Positions 16,789 through 29,074 are shown, counted from the first letter of the stretch. The stretch: DNA of 64,000 bases from Eledone cirrhosa (GCA_964016885.1 OZ024751.1:28706001-28770000), one strand, 5' to 3'. Numbers and translations are program-made. The notes: generated by a model from the sequence alone, not told the origin.

Positions 16789-17664
16789 TGTGGTCGAACT
16801 GATTTATTAAAATATTTCATTTTTGAAAACTCTACCAAAGTAAGCAGCAAAATATTTCTTTACTATATTACCCATCAAACAAGGAATATTCAGAGAAAAT
16901 TCAAATGAAATTACTACCAAACAAGCAACATTATTTATTGTCATTTTCATTATTGTCATCATCACCATCATCATCATCATTATTGTTATTCTTCTTATTA
17001 TTTTTATTATCATCATGATCATCATCATTATTGCCAATATCATTATTTTTATTATTACTATTATTATTATTATTATTGTTGTTGTTGTTATTGTTAGTAT
17101 TATTACTATTATGTTAATATACAGTCGTGTCCATCATAGTTTAACAAGTGAACTTCAACAAAAACTAGTTACCATGATCTTTTCAAGTTAGGTGAGACAA
17201 GCTTATGAAATTCTGAACAATTTCAGTCTTGCTGTGAAGCTTTGAATAACATATAAACAAAAACACAAAAACACACACACAAAAAAAACCTCCAAAAAGA
17301 ACAAAAACAAAGTAAACTAAATAAATAAAGAAAAAACTTCACACAAAATGTTATGATTTTAAAAACAAAACAAAACAGAACAAATATGAAAGGTATTCTC
17401 CACTGCTTTGAATTATATTTACCAAACTGGGAAATTATAGAAACTAGGGTAATGGTTTATTGAGGAGGGCTACGTCTATAAATATAGCATAAATAGCTAA
17501 TATTAAACAACTATGTTATATTTTAGTTATAGCATGTTGTCTAGCTATATAGTAATTGAAGTTAAGGCTGCACAAAGTGGACTGAGTTTTTATCGTTTTT
17601 ATAGCAAACTGCCTGAGAAACTAGGGTAGTGGTTTATGGAGAAGAGTTAGGTCTATAAATTGTA

Positions 17665-17912
17665 GGCCCCCTTCAGTCACAAATGACCATGGTTTTGCAT
17701 CTAGAAAGTTCCCCCGCCGAGGCACAAGCCTAGTCAAGGTGTGTTTGGAGAAGACCATCAGTTGCCCATGCGAGCCAGTCTCCCCTCTCCACGCCACCGA
17801 TGATGTCCAAGGGAAAGGCAATGGCCTATACAGCTTGGTACCAGTGACGTCGCAACTCATTTCTACAGCTGAGTAAACTGGAGCAACGTGAAATAAAGTG
17901 TCTTGCTCAAGG
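17665..17912 (-). mobile_element. SINE group B central domain joined to a different GC-rich tail
   Basis: 17855-17912 matches the group B core, while 17665-17855 is unrelated to the usual tail. It abuts a plus-strand group A 3' half (17916-18045). Confidence 0.7.
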
Positions 17913-18136
17913 AGAAGGTTAGCTTTGCCTTTCACCCTTACGGGGGTAGTTAAAATAAAATACCGGTAACACACTGAGGTCCATTTAATCGACTTTCCCC
18001 TTCCCCACAAAATTGTTAGCGTTGTACCTAGATCAAAAACCATTATTATTATTAATTACCATTTTATATATAAGGTATTATGTGTTGTAGAAATAAATTA
18101 TTTTAATGAATAAATTAAATAATGCATAAACAACAG

Positions 18137-18189
<53 letters not shown>

Positions 18190-18445
18190 TAGAACATGCT
18201 AATTAAACACAAAACACAGTAAATGAAGCATCAGTGGAGATTTGAGACAACATATTTATAAGTATACATATAGTGTATGTATATGTATCTGTATATATAT
18301 ATATATTGTTTATCTATCTATATATATATGTGTGTGTGTATATGTATATAGTTATTCAATATGCATGTATGAATAATTGTGAAAAGATTTGGTTCTACAA
18401 ACAAGAGAAAAAAGTGCACTCTAACACACATACAAACACTCATAA

Positions 18446-18476
<31 letters not shown>

Positions 18477-18516
18477 CATATATTCATACATATATATACA
18501 TACATACATATATTAT

Positions 18517-18711
18517 TTCATTTTACGTCCGCTTTTCCCTGCTTGCAAGGGTGGGACGGGAACTGATTCTGGCTTGATTTCTACAGCTGAGTGAACTGGA
18601 GCAATGTGAAATAAAGTGTCTTGCTCAAGGAAACAACACATCACCTGGTCTGAATAGAACTCACAACCTTTCGATTGCAAGGCCAATGCTCTAACCACTA
18701 AGCCATGTGCC
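18517..18711 (-). mobile_element. SINE group B with an internal deletion
   Basis: Head and tail are present; the segment between the two atttctacagctg motifs is missing. Confidence 0.9.
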
Positions 18712-18924
18712 TATATATATATATATACATATATAGGTTTGTTGGTTCACCACTGGATAGAACTGGTCATTCCATATGGTCAACCTCGATGTAATATTGT
18801 GGAGAGCACTCAATATAATGCAACTTGCCCGTCTTCGTTTGTGTAGTTGGTGGTGCGAGTACGGAGTTAATTATTATAAAATAGCAGGAGGCTGGACTGG
18901 TGTAAATCCTTGAAAGGTTTATTA

Positions 18925-18980
18925 TACTATGATCATTTCAATGACCGGGTTCAGTATGAATCTGGTGACATCATCAGGTA
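18925..18980 (-). ncRNA. Minimal hammerhead ribozyme, partly decayed
   Basis: Minus strand: tac CTGATGA tgtcaccagattca tac tgaacccggtcatt GAAA tgatca TA gta. Palindromic helix III (UGAUCA), AUA triplet, imperfect stem II and 3-bp helix I. Confidence 0.65.
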
Positions 18981-19111
18981 ATTCAAAATATAACAAAGGA
19001 ATATAACAGATAAAATCCATGGTGCTGAAAATCAGAGACAAGAGGGCGACCAACAATTTAGCAGCTTCTATCTTTGTCAACTGCCCTCAATAATATAATA
19101 TATATATATAT

Positions 19112-19390
19112 ATCATCATCATCATTGTTTAACGTCCATCTTCCATGCTTGCATGGGTTTGGACGGGAGTTTTCCCACTTGAGGCAAGAGTGGTTGTCTT
19201 GCTCGCATAGGACTGTCTGGCAGGTTTTCTACGGCTGGATGCTCTTCCTAACACCAACCACGTTTACAGTGTGGACTGGGAGGTTTTTACCGTGTTACAT
19301 ACACGGCCACATTACAGCGTGGACTGTGTGTTTTTTTGTTGTGACACCTACACGACCTCATTTGTTTTGGACTGGATGTTGTGGTACCAA
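19112..19390 (-). mobile_element. SINE group B-related 3' half with a variant RTE tail
   Basis: Reverse-complement match to 44112-44360. Confidence 0.82.
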
Positions 19391-19392
19391 CA

Positions 19393-19427
<35 letters not shown>

Positions 19428-19428
19428 C

Positions 19429-19706
19429 TATGTATATGTACATACATATATGTATACAGACGTACAGTAGTATGTATATATATATATATATACATACATG
19501 CACACATATATATATGTACGTATGGATTCACCGAACATTTATTATAATGTTCGGTGTGTTTGTAAACAAACATCCCGAATTATCACTGAGCATTATAATA
19601 AATGTTCGGTGAATCCATACGTACATATATATATGTGTGCATGTATGTATATATATATACATATTACTGTACGTCTGTATACATATATGTATGTACGTGT
19701 ACATAC
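19429..19706. repeat. Inverted repeat (arms about 19429-19556 and 19584-19706) with nested hairpins
   Basis: gtacgtatggattcaccgaacatttattataatg pairs with cattataataaatgttcggtgaatccatacgtac, and the symmetry continues outward through the TA/TG-rich flanks. Confidence 0.92.
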
Positions 19707-19785
19707 TTATATTTAAGTAACAGCCGTACTAAGAGTGGGAAATGAAATTTCATTTCATTTTTTGCGTTTATATATATATATATAT

Positions 19786-20092
19786 CATCATTTCATTTTA
19801 CGTCCACTTTTCCCTGCTTGCAAGGGTGGGACGGGAACTGATTCTGGCTTGATTTCTACAGCTGGATGCCCTTCCTAACACCAACCTCATTTACAGTGTG
19901 GGCTGGGTGCTTTTTTACCGTGGCGCCTACACGTCCACTTTGCAGTGGAATGATAGGGACCTGGGTCCCTATCATCTCATTTCTACAGCTAAGTAAACTG
20001 GAGCAATGTGAAATAAAGTGTCTTGCTCAAGGAAACAACACATCACCCGGTCTGAGAATTGAACTCACAACCTTTCGATTGCAAGGCCAATG

Positions 20093-20096
<4 letters not shown>
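19786..20096 (-). mobile_element. SINE group B lacking the extreme 5' end
   Basis: Colinear with 60245-60550. Confidence 0.92.
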
Positions 20097-20138
<42 letters not shown>

Positions 20139-20591
20139 GTGTGTGTGTGTGTAATGCTAGTGACAGGGGTTGAAACTTCCAATACAGACAATTGTTGCTG
20201 CTATCCCAAATATCTATTAGGAACATCAACAGATTTCTTTTTTTTTTTTGTTTATACTAGGAATTTCCCAGCTTCTATAGGGAGGAGAGGGAGAAAGAGA
20301 GAGGGTGGAAGGGATAGACAGCGATACAGTGAGGGAGAGAGCGAGAGAGAGAGGTAGTGTGATAGAGAGATAGATAGACAGAGACAGAAGAAAAGAAAAT
20401 ACATGGAAAGCATGAAAAAATGCATGATTCAGCAATCTCTTTTTTTTTTCATACTGGGAGCTTCCCTTTTTGTATAGAGAGCCCTATTTATCTACATATA
20501 TATATATGTATATATAAATATAAAATATATATACACACAGTGTATGTATATTTTATTTATATATATTGATGATGATGTATATATATATATA

Positions 20592-20811
20592 CAGGTGGAT
20601 TCCCGATGTATACCAGGAGGTGACTACAGTTAATAAATGTACTCAATATGTTAGCAGAGTATAGGCATCTTTCTTTTTTATTATAGAAATGACTTCTACA
20701 GGACTAGAACTGTTTCATTTGTAAGAAATCATCATGAAAGTCCTAAAATAAGGAGGCCTATACTCAACTAACATATTGAGTACCTTTCTTAACTGTGGTC
20801 GGCAATCCACT
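20592..20811. repeat. Decayed inverted-repeat element in (TA)n
   Basis: gactacagttaa..gtactcaatatgttag..gagtataggc (20622-20666) pairs with gcctatactc..ctaacatattgagtac..ttaactgtggtc (20756-20800). The termini are gtggatt/aatccac. Confidence 0.8.
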
Positions 20812-20885
20812 TATATATATAATATATATTTATCCTTATCGAGCCCTCTTTGGATTTTAGTCTTCAAATTTATTATTATTATTAT

Positions 20886-21065
20886 TTGGCAGTATCAGTA
20901 GAGGGTCGGACGCCATGCTTTGACACATAGAGTTATGGCCCTTTCTATTCTGAGTTCAAATCCCGCCAAGGTTAACTTTGCCTTTCATCCTTACGGGGTC
21001 GATAAAATAAAGTACCAGTAATACACTGAGTAATTGCTGGCCTTGTGCCAAAAGTAGAAACAATT
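20886..21065 (+). mobile_element. SINE group A inserted between inverted Penelope-like termini
   Basis: Near-complete consensus followed by an (ATT)n tail. Confidence 0.9.
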
Positions 21066-21095
21066 ATTATTATTATTATTACTATATATATATAT

Positions 21096-21131
<36 letters not shown>

Positions 21132-21218
21132 TTGAAGACTAAAATCCAAAGAGGGCTCGATAAGGATAAATATATATCAAATAAATAAGAACCGTAGAGC
21201 AAATATTTATTAAAATAA

Positions 21219-21292
21219 CAGATTAAAGTTTAAGCAAAGAATCGCTGCTTTCACCCTTAATGGGATCTTCTGAAACTAAAAAAATCAATCTG
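21219..21292 (-). ncRNA. Type-I hammerhead ribozyme with one core substitution
   Basis: Minus strand: cagattga..agttt CAGAAGA tccc attaa gggt GAAA gca..tgc UU aaact t ttaatctg. Helix I is agttt/aaact plus distal cagattga/ttaatctg, and helix III is agcag/ttgct. The core CUGANGA reads CAGAAGA. Confidence 0.7.
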
Positions 21293-21410
21293 TGAACGCA
21301 GAAGTAAATATTTCGAAATATGTTGCAACCGAAGGAAGAGAGGAATATGATACTTTGGTTCGTGGAGACGTACTCACATCAAGACATAAATTATCCGCGT
21401 ATTGTTCGTA

Positions 21411-21846
21411 CTATACATTAGGGTATAATGTGGGGCTGTAATACAGGAAAGTTTTATGCAATTTATGTTTACAAGCCGAAATTGCCTCAGATTTTTTGTT
21501 TAAGATGTGGTCATTGGCGTAGAGTATTTCCAGGGCTTCAGTGGCACAGAGGTCTTTTATTTTCGTTATACGATCTAGCCTTAGCTAGGATCTCCCAGTG
21601 TAACCTATATTAGGTGTGGTTGTCTTTTAGATTCCAGATATAAGCTGAAAGTGATGTCATATTCCTTCTTAGAGGGTTAAGAAAAGAATGGGTATGCATG
21701 TAAAGACGCTGCTTGAATCTATTGGCAGTTCACCCTATGTAGGCCCTATGGGACATGGGTGTTTCAACCTTACATTTGTAGACAATGTTACTGGAGAGGC
21801 ATTTCCCGGATAGGAGGCAGTCAACCCGATTCCTACAATTACAGTT
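21411..21846 (-). pseudogene. Penelope-like retroelement GIY-YIG endonuclease remnant (Naiad-type by recollection)
   Basis: Manual translation: NCNCRNRVDCLLSGKCLSSNIVYKCKVETPMSHRAYIG*TANRFKQRLYMHTHSF...TSLSAYIWNLKD..*YRLHWEILAKARSY/(frameshift)DLCATEALEIL...ILNKKSEAISACKH. This gives the IVY...YIG, FKQR..H, LS.YIW.LK and LN..SE...C.H motifs, with two stops and one frameshift. Confidence 0.88.
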
Positions 21847-21855
21847 AGTACTAGC

Positions 21856-21902
<47 letters not shown>

Positions 21903-23171
21903 GGGGTGAGGGGGAGAAAATGGGAGCAAGAGAGAAAGAGATATAGACAGACAGTCAGGGAAGAAAATACAAGAATGAATGAATCAAAGAATGAAGGAAT
22001 GTATAAGAGAATAAAAGAATGAAAACTGAAGCTATTCTGGCATGTCAGAGTATATATACATATACATACTGTGGTTGTAGTGGTTATACCGGTGATGGTG
22101 GTGGTGTTGTAGTGGTGTTGTAGTGGTGGTGCTGCTGCTGTGGTATGTGGGTGGTGTAGTGTCAATTTTGGAAGAAGAGAGATATGCTGATGGCAGTGTT
22201 GTAGTGGCGTGGTTGCAGTGTAATGGCGTTCATGTTGGTAGTGTTGTTGTTCGTGGTGGTGATGGTGGTGATGGTAGCATTGGTGTTAGGGTGATGGTGT
22301 TGTATAGTGGGTGGGTTGTATAGTGGAGCTGACGATGGCAGTGGTAGTGATGATAGTGGTGACTGGGTGGTGTAATGGTTGATGTCGGAGTTGATGGTGG
22401 TGCTGATGATGGTGCTGGCGATGGTGATAGTTGTGGTGGTGGTGGAGGAGATAATTTTCAATTTTTGCTTTTTCTAGGTCACTTGGATGGCAGCAGAGTA
22501 AGAAGAAATCAATAATCAAAATGGCGGCATGCCAAACATCCTGACCAAACACACAACTAAATTACAAACTATGTTTTAACTAAGTGCACAGGCAGAAAAA
22601 AAATGGAAGAACATTGTTGGGCTTCTTTCTTTCTTTCTCTCTCTTCCATTTTTTTTCTGTATGTGAATGTGTGTAGGTGTATGTGTATGTATGTGTGTAT
22701 GTGTGTGTATGTGTGTTTGGCTTCTTGCTTGCTTTCTTTCGCTTTCATTATTTTTTCTCTCTCTGTGTGTTTTGTGTATGTATGTGTATATGTATGTAAA
22801 TTTATGTGTTTATATGTCTGTTTGTGTTAGTGTAAGTGTGTTTGAGCATGTGCATGTGTGTGTGTAGGTGTGTGAATGTATCTGTATGTGTGTGTGTATG
22901 TGTATGAGTGAATGTAAGTGTGAGTATAAGTGTGTGAGTGTATTATTCTTTACTTTTTCTTCCACCCCCATTTATTTTTTGTTTGTTTGTCCCCCCCCCC
23001 CCCACACACACACCATACCAACAGCTCTGCACAGTAAAACATAACTTATTTAACAAGCAGACAATGATGTATGTTTATAAAAGGGGTGTACTGGCTGGGT
23101 ATAGATAAAAGGGTAGATAGATGGAACATGCATAGGGTTGCTCATAAATACTTGAAGACTAGGATGATTCT

Positions 23172-24249
23172 TTTATTGGTATATTGGTTGTGAAGGCCTG
23201 TAGCTTACTGGTTAAGGTGCTGGTTTATTGGTAGTGAAGGCCTTTGGCTTAGTGGTAGGGTTCCGGTTTATTGGTAGTGAAGGGCTGTAGCTAGCTAACT
23301 GGTTAAGGTTCTGGTTTATTGGTAGTGAAGGGCTGTAGCTTACTAGTTAAGGTGCTTGGTTTATTGGTAGTGAAGGCCTGTAGCTTAGTGGTTAAGGTGC
23401 TGGGTTTATTGGTAGTGAAGGCCTGTAGCTTAGTGGTTAAGGTGCTGGGTTTATTGGTAGTGACGGCCTTTGGCTTAGTGGTAGGGTTCCGGTTTATTGG
23501 TAGTGAAGGGCTGTAGCTAGCTAACTGGTTAAGGTTCTGGTTTATTGGTAGTGAAGGGCTGTAGCTTACTAGTTAAGGTGCTGGGTTTATTGGTAGTGAA
23601 GGGCTGTAGCTTACTAGTTAAGGTGCTGGGTTTATTGGTAGTGAAGGCCTGTAGCTTACTAGTTAAGGTGCTGGGTTTATTGGTAGTGATGGCCTGTAGC
23701 TTACTGGTTAAGGTGCTGGGTTTATTGGTAGTGAAGGGCTGTAGCTTACTAGTTAAGGTGCTGGGTTTATTGGTAGTGAAGGCCTGTAGCTTACTGGTTA
23801 AGGTGCTGGGTTTATTGGTAGTGAAGGCCTGTAGCTTAGTGGTTAAGGTGCTGGGTTTATTGGTAGTGAAGGCCTGTAGCTTAGTGGTTAAGGTGCTGGG
23901 TTTATTGGTAGTGAAGGCCTGTAGCTTAGTGGTTAAGGTGCTGGGTTTAATGGTAGTGAAGGGCTGTAGCTTAGTGGTTAAGGTGCTGGGTTTATTGGTA
24001 GTGAAGGGCTGTAGCTTACTAGTTAAGGTGCTGGGTTTATTGGTAGTGAAGGGCTGTAGCTTACTAGTTAAGGTGCTGGGTTTATTGGTAGTGATGGCCT
24101 GTAGCTTACTGGTTAAGGTTCTGGTTTAATGGTAGTGAAGGGTTATAGCTTAGTGGTTAAGGTGCTGGGTTTATTGGTAGTGAAGGGATATAGCTTAGTG
24201 GTTGAGTGCTGGGTTTATTGGTAGTGAAGCCCTGTAGCTTAGTGGTTAG
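23172..24249 (+). repeat. 45-bp minisatellite, about 24 copies
   Basis: Unit ctgggtttattggtagtgaaggcctgtagcttagtggttaaggtg; the overlying ORF has a 15-aa periodicity. Confidence 0.95.
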
Positions 24250-24971
24250 TCTATAAGGTCTGAACTCTGTCTCAAGCCTGAGCCTCATTAGGTCAGTGCT
24301 TATCTCAGTTTTCTTGGTGTTCAGTGATTGAGAGTAAAAGACTTCCCCTAGACAGGATACTAGCCTTGTTGTTGATATTGTTGTTTAGCCCCAGGTCACC
24401 CCAGACTACCCCAGATCAAACAAAGCCATGATTAAATGCACTCCAGCTGTAATAATTTCTTTTGGATTGTGTATAAGACAGGGAACTCTGAATAACCATT
24501 ATCCACCAATGTGTTCTTTTCTAAGATGTGGTTATTGTTGTTTGTATTGTAGGTAGTGTTGTTGGTAGTGGTGTTGTTTGTGTTGTTGCTGGTGGTGTTG
24601 TTATTGTTGTTGGTGTTGGTGTTGTTTTTATTGTTGCTGGTGGTGTTGTTATTGTTGTTGGTGTTGGTGTTGTTTTTATTGTTGCTGGTGGTGTTGTTAT
24701 TGTTGTTGGTGTTGGTAGTGGTTTGTTTTTATGGTTGGTGTCATTATTGTTGTTGGTGTTGTTGTTGTAGGTGTTATTGTTGTTAGTGTTGTAGGTAGTG
24801 TTCTTGGTAGTGGTTTGTTTTTTATTGTTGGTGTTGTTGGTAGTGGTGTTGTTTTGATTGTTGTTGGTGTTGGTAGTGTTATTGCTACTGAAGATGATGG
24901 TGATGATGATGATACTGAGGATAACATTGGTGATAGAAATATGACAATAATTACGTCGATGATGGTAATAA

Positions 24972-25366
24972 ACATTTCTAGTATAGGCACAAGGCCAGTA
25001 ATTTGGGGGGAAGGGAAAGTCGATTAAATCGACCCTAGTATGTTACTGGTGTTTTTTTAATCGACCTCGTAAGGATGAAAGGCAAAGTTAACCTCAGCAG
25101 GATTTGAACTCAGAATGTAAAGGGTCGTAACTCTATGCTGCGAAGTATGTCATCCGATGCTCTACCAATACTACTAATTATAATAATGATAATAATAATT
25201 GTTTATACTTTGGCACAAGGCCAGCAATTACCCCAGTACATTACTGGTGCTTTATTTTATTGACCCTGTAAGGATGAAAGACAAAATTAACCTTGGCAGG
25301 ATTTGATCTCAGACCGTAAAGGGGCATAACTCTATGCTGCAAAGCATGGTGTCTGACACTCTGCCG
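24972..25366 (-). mobile_element. Two SINE group A copies (long and short variants)
   Basis: Copies at about 24972-25175 (with the ggggaagggaaagtcgattaaatcgac segment) and 25197-25366 (without it). Confidence 0.9.
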
Positions 25367-26273
25367 ATAATAATGAAAATAATAATAATTATAATGATAA
25401 TGCTAATGATAGTGATGATAAAAGTGCCTGCCTGTCTGTCTGTCTGTCACTCTGTCTGTCTGTCACTCTGTCTGTCTGTCACTCTGTCTGACTGTCTGTC
25501 ACTCTGTCTGTCTACAGTTCCGGCTAATGGATCGTATCAAAGCATTAATAATATATTTCGAAAATTAACAAAAAAAAAAAAAATTAATAAAATAATAAAT
25601 AAGGGTAAAAAAAAACAATACAACATAGATATCAAAATAACAAAACTAAAAAAAAATAGGGAAACAAAACAAACAAAAAACTCACAAACATGGAGGGAAC
25701 TCTTTCATTCTTATATTTAAGGAAAAAAAACCCCAAAATTAAACAAAAAAAAATATGTAAAAATATATAATTATATAGAATGAAAAACAAAGTCCTGAAA
25801 ATGAGGAATATTTCTAAAGAAATGTCTAGAAGTATAATATACTACTACTACTACTACTAATACTACTACTACTACTGCTGCTGCTGCTACTGCTGCTGCT
25901 GCTGCTGTTGCTGCTACTACTGCTATTACTACTACCACTACAGCTATTGCTGCTACTACTGCTGCTCCTACTGCTACGGCTACTACTACTACCACTAATG
26001 TTGTTGCTGCTGCTGCTGTTACTGCTGCTGTTACCGCTGCTGCTGCTACTACCACTACTACTACAACAATTACTACAATACCAACAATAACTACTACCAC
26101 TACTACAACCCGTAGTGGTAGTAGTAGTAGTAGTAGTTATAGTGTTGATGGTGATGGAGTTGATGATGTTGGCAATGATGATGATGATGATGATGATAAT
26201 AATGGAAGCAGAAGAATGCTATAAAATTTTGTAGAATAAAATGTATTTAGTTTCATTGATCTAAAAACCATAA

Positions 26274-26318
<45 letters not shown>

Positions 26319-27374
26319 TGATAAATAAATGAATAAATATATAAATTTAAAATAATAACCAGCAAAAATACCCACCCCTTTCTCTGACCCTCTCTAACAC
26401 TCCTTCCCTCCTTTTTTGTTGTTTTTTGCTCCCCACCCCCACCCCCACTCTCACCCCTTTTTATGCAAAATTAGTTATTCAACAATTCCGAAATAATAAT
26501 AAATAAAGCAAAAAAAAAAAATACACAAAAAAACATAAAAAATGAAAAGAAGAGAAAAAAAGAAGAGAAAATAAAATAAAAGAAAGAAAGAAGGAAACTA
26601 TATAAATAAACAATGAAGAATGGAAAAGCCCTCATAGAGAAGACAAAGGACTTTTATTGAGAGAAGATATAGAAGGGAGGGAGGGGAGGGTTGGGGGGAG
26701 GCGGGAGGGATGGAGGGAGGTGTTGGTATGAAAAAGTACTTTGACTCTTTTCTCACTCTTTCTTTCTCTCTCTCTCCCTTTCTCTCTATTTCTCTCTATT
26801 TCTCTCTCTAACTATCTCTATCTCTCTCTTGTCACACAAAAATCCACGAGGGTTTGGCAATTTAGCAGAAATTCTTCAGATATTTAATTCAAGGATCTTA
26901 AATGTGCATACTGATATACTTTTAAAAACTCCTCCCTTCTCTTAAACTCAATTTCTCTCTCTCACCCTCTCTCTCGCTTAAACGCAATTTCTCTCTTTTT
27001 TAAACTCCTCCTCTCTCTAACTATCCCTCTCTTTCCCTTAAACTTTCTGTACATCCCCTCACTCTCTCTCTTAAACTCTGTATCTTTCTTAAACCTTCTC
27101 TTCTTTCTGTTTCTCTTAAACTCTCTCTATCAGTTCTAGAACTCTCTCTTGCTCTTTCTCTTCTAAACTCCTTACAGACATGCATGTGCATACAATATGC
27201 ACATGCATGATGCACATAGAATTATGACACACATAAAGATAAAGTACCTTATTCACAAAAGCTAAGAAAAAAACCCTACTTTTTTTTTCCGCCAGAGTTA
27301 TGTCAGCTTAGAGTATTGTAGTGTAAGTGTTGTGTTGTAGAATACTCTATATAAAACTAACCCAGTCATTAGAA

Positions 27375-28115
27375 CACACCACCACAACCACGACACAACC
27401 ACAACACCACCTCACTACCACTATCACCACATCCACTCCACCACAGCGCCATCATCACAACACCACCACCACCTTACCACCACCACCACCACCTCACCAC
27501 CACCACCACCTCACGATCACGATCACCACCACCATCACCACACCACCACCATCACCTCACCACCACCACCACCACCATCACCACACCACCACCTCACCAC
27601 CACCACCACCACCACCACCACCATCACCACACCACCACCATCACCACCACCTCACCACCATCACCACACCACCACCACCACCACCACCACCACCACACCA
27701 CCACCACCATCACCACCACCACACCACCACCACCATCACCACCACCACACCACCACCACCATCACCACCACCATCACCACACCACACCACCACCACCACC
27801 ACCACCATCACCACCACCATCACCACACCACACCACCACCACCATCACCACAAACGACCTACATCAATATGTAGTGCATCCTAAACTAAATCATATTGAA
27901 GTCAGTTAGTATTGTTGAATTGTTGGTAAAACCACACCAAATCACAACCATACACCACTACACACCACACACAACCACTACCTTACACACAATGGTGGTG
28001 GTGGTGGTGGTGGTGGTGATGATGATGATGAGGGTTGTGGTGGTAGTGATAATGGTGGTGGTGGTGGTGATGGTTGTGGTGATGGTGGTGGATGTGGTAG
28101 TAATAATGATGGTCA

Positions 28116-28146
<31 letters not shown>

Positions 28147-28575
28147 AGTGGTGATAGTGACAATGGTGGTGGTGGTGGTGGTGATGATGGTGGTTGTGGT
28201 GATGGTCGTGATGATGATGATGGTGATGGTGGTGGTGATGGTGGTTGTGGTGGTGGTCGTGATGATGGTGATGGTGGTGATGATGGTGGTTGTGGTGATG
28301 GTCGTGATGATGATGATGGTGATGGTGGTGATGATGGTGGTTGTGGTGATGGTCGTGATGATGATGATGGTTGAGGTGATAGTGATAATGGTGGTGGTGG
28401 TGTAACCAGAGATTGATGGGTGCAGAGAAATGGTTGCAGCAAAATCGTTGCAGTTTTCACAAGAATGATGGTGATGCTGATAATGATGATGATGATGATG
28501 ATGATGATGATAATGACCATGCCTGTGATAATAATGGCAATAATAATAATAGTGATAATAACAATAATAACAATA
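27375..28575. repeat. (CAC)n tract followed by an oppositely oriented (GGT/GAT)n tract
   Basis: Direct reading. Confidence 0.95.
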
Positions 28576-28804
28576 ATGGCAGAAGCCGATGAACGGAAGA
28601 GCCATCTGGACATAGTTCATCCCAAGACTAAGGATTGGGATGTTGCCAATCAGATAGGTTTCCAGATACAAGTGAGAAGAACACCGGTGATGCTGCACTA
28701 CACTGCCATATATATATATATATACATATATATACATATATATATATATGTATGTATACACACACATATATATATATACATATGTATATGTATCTATGTA
28801 TATA

Positions 28805-28869
<65 letters not shown>

Positions 28870-29074
28870 TCATCATCATCATCATCATCATCATCTTCGT
28901 TTAACATCCATTTTCCACGCTAGCATGGGTTAGACGATTTATTTAATATCATTGTATATATATATATATATATATATAGATATATAGATATATATATATA
29001 TATATATATACACGTTTATACATATATATACAATGATATTAAATAAATGGAAACTATATTTATAAAACCATATT

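Larger units (their letters stand above)
21105..21848 (-). mobile_element. 5'-truncated Penelope-like element (endonuclease, 3' UTR with hammerhead, terminus at (TAA)n)
   Basis: The GIY-YIG remnant is followed by a hammerhead motif. The terminal ~150 bp recur at 39661-39811, and the last ~60 bp recur inverted at 20822-20886. Confidence 0.8.

Noticed and set aside
17621-18043. 140-aa ORF of complex composition
   Set aside because: It is made entirely of two fused SINE fragments.
23545-24129. 194-aa ORF with a 15-aa repeat; array superficially CRISPR-like
   Set aside because: A pure tandem minisatellite with no unique spacers, in a eukaryotic context.
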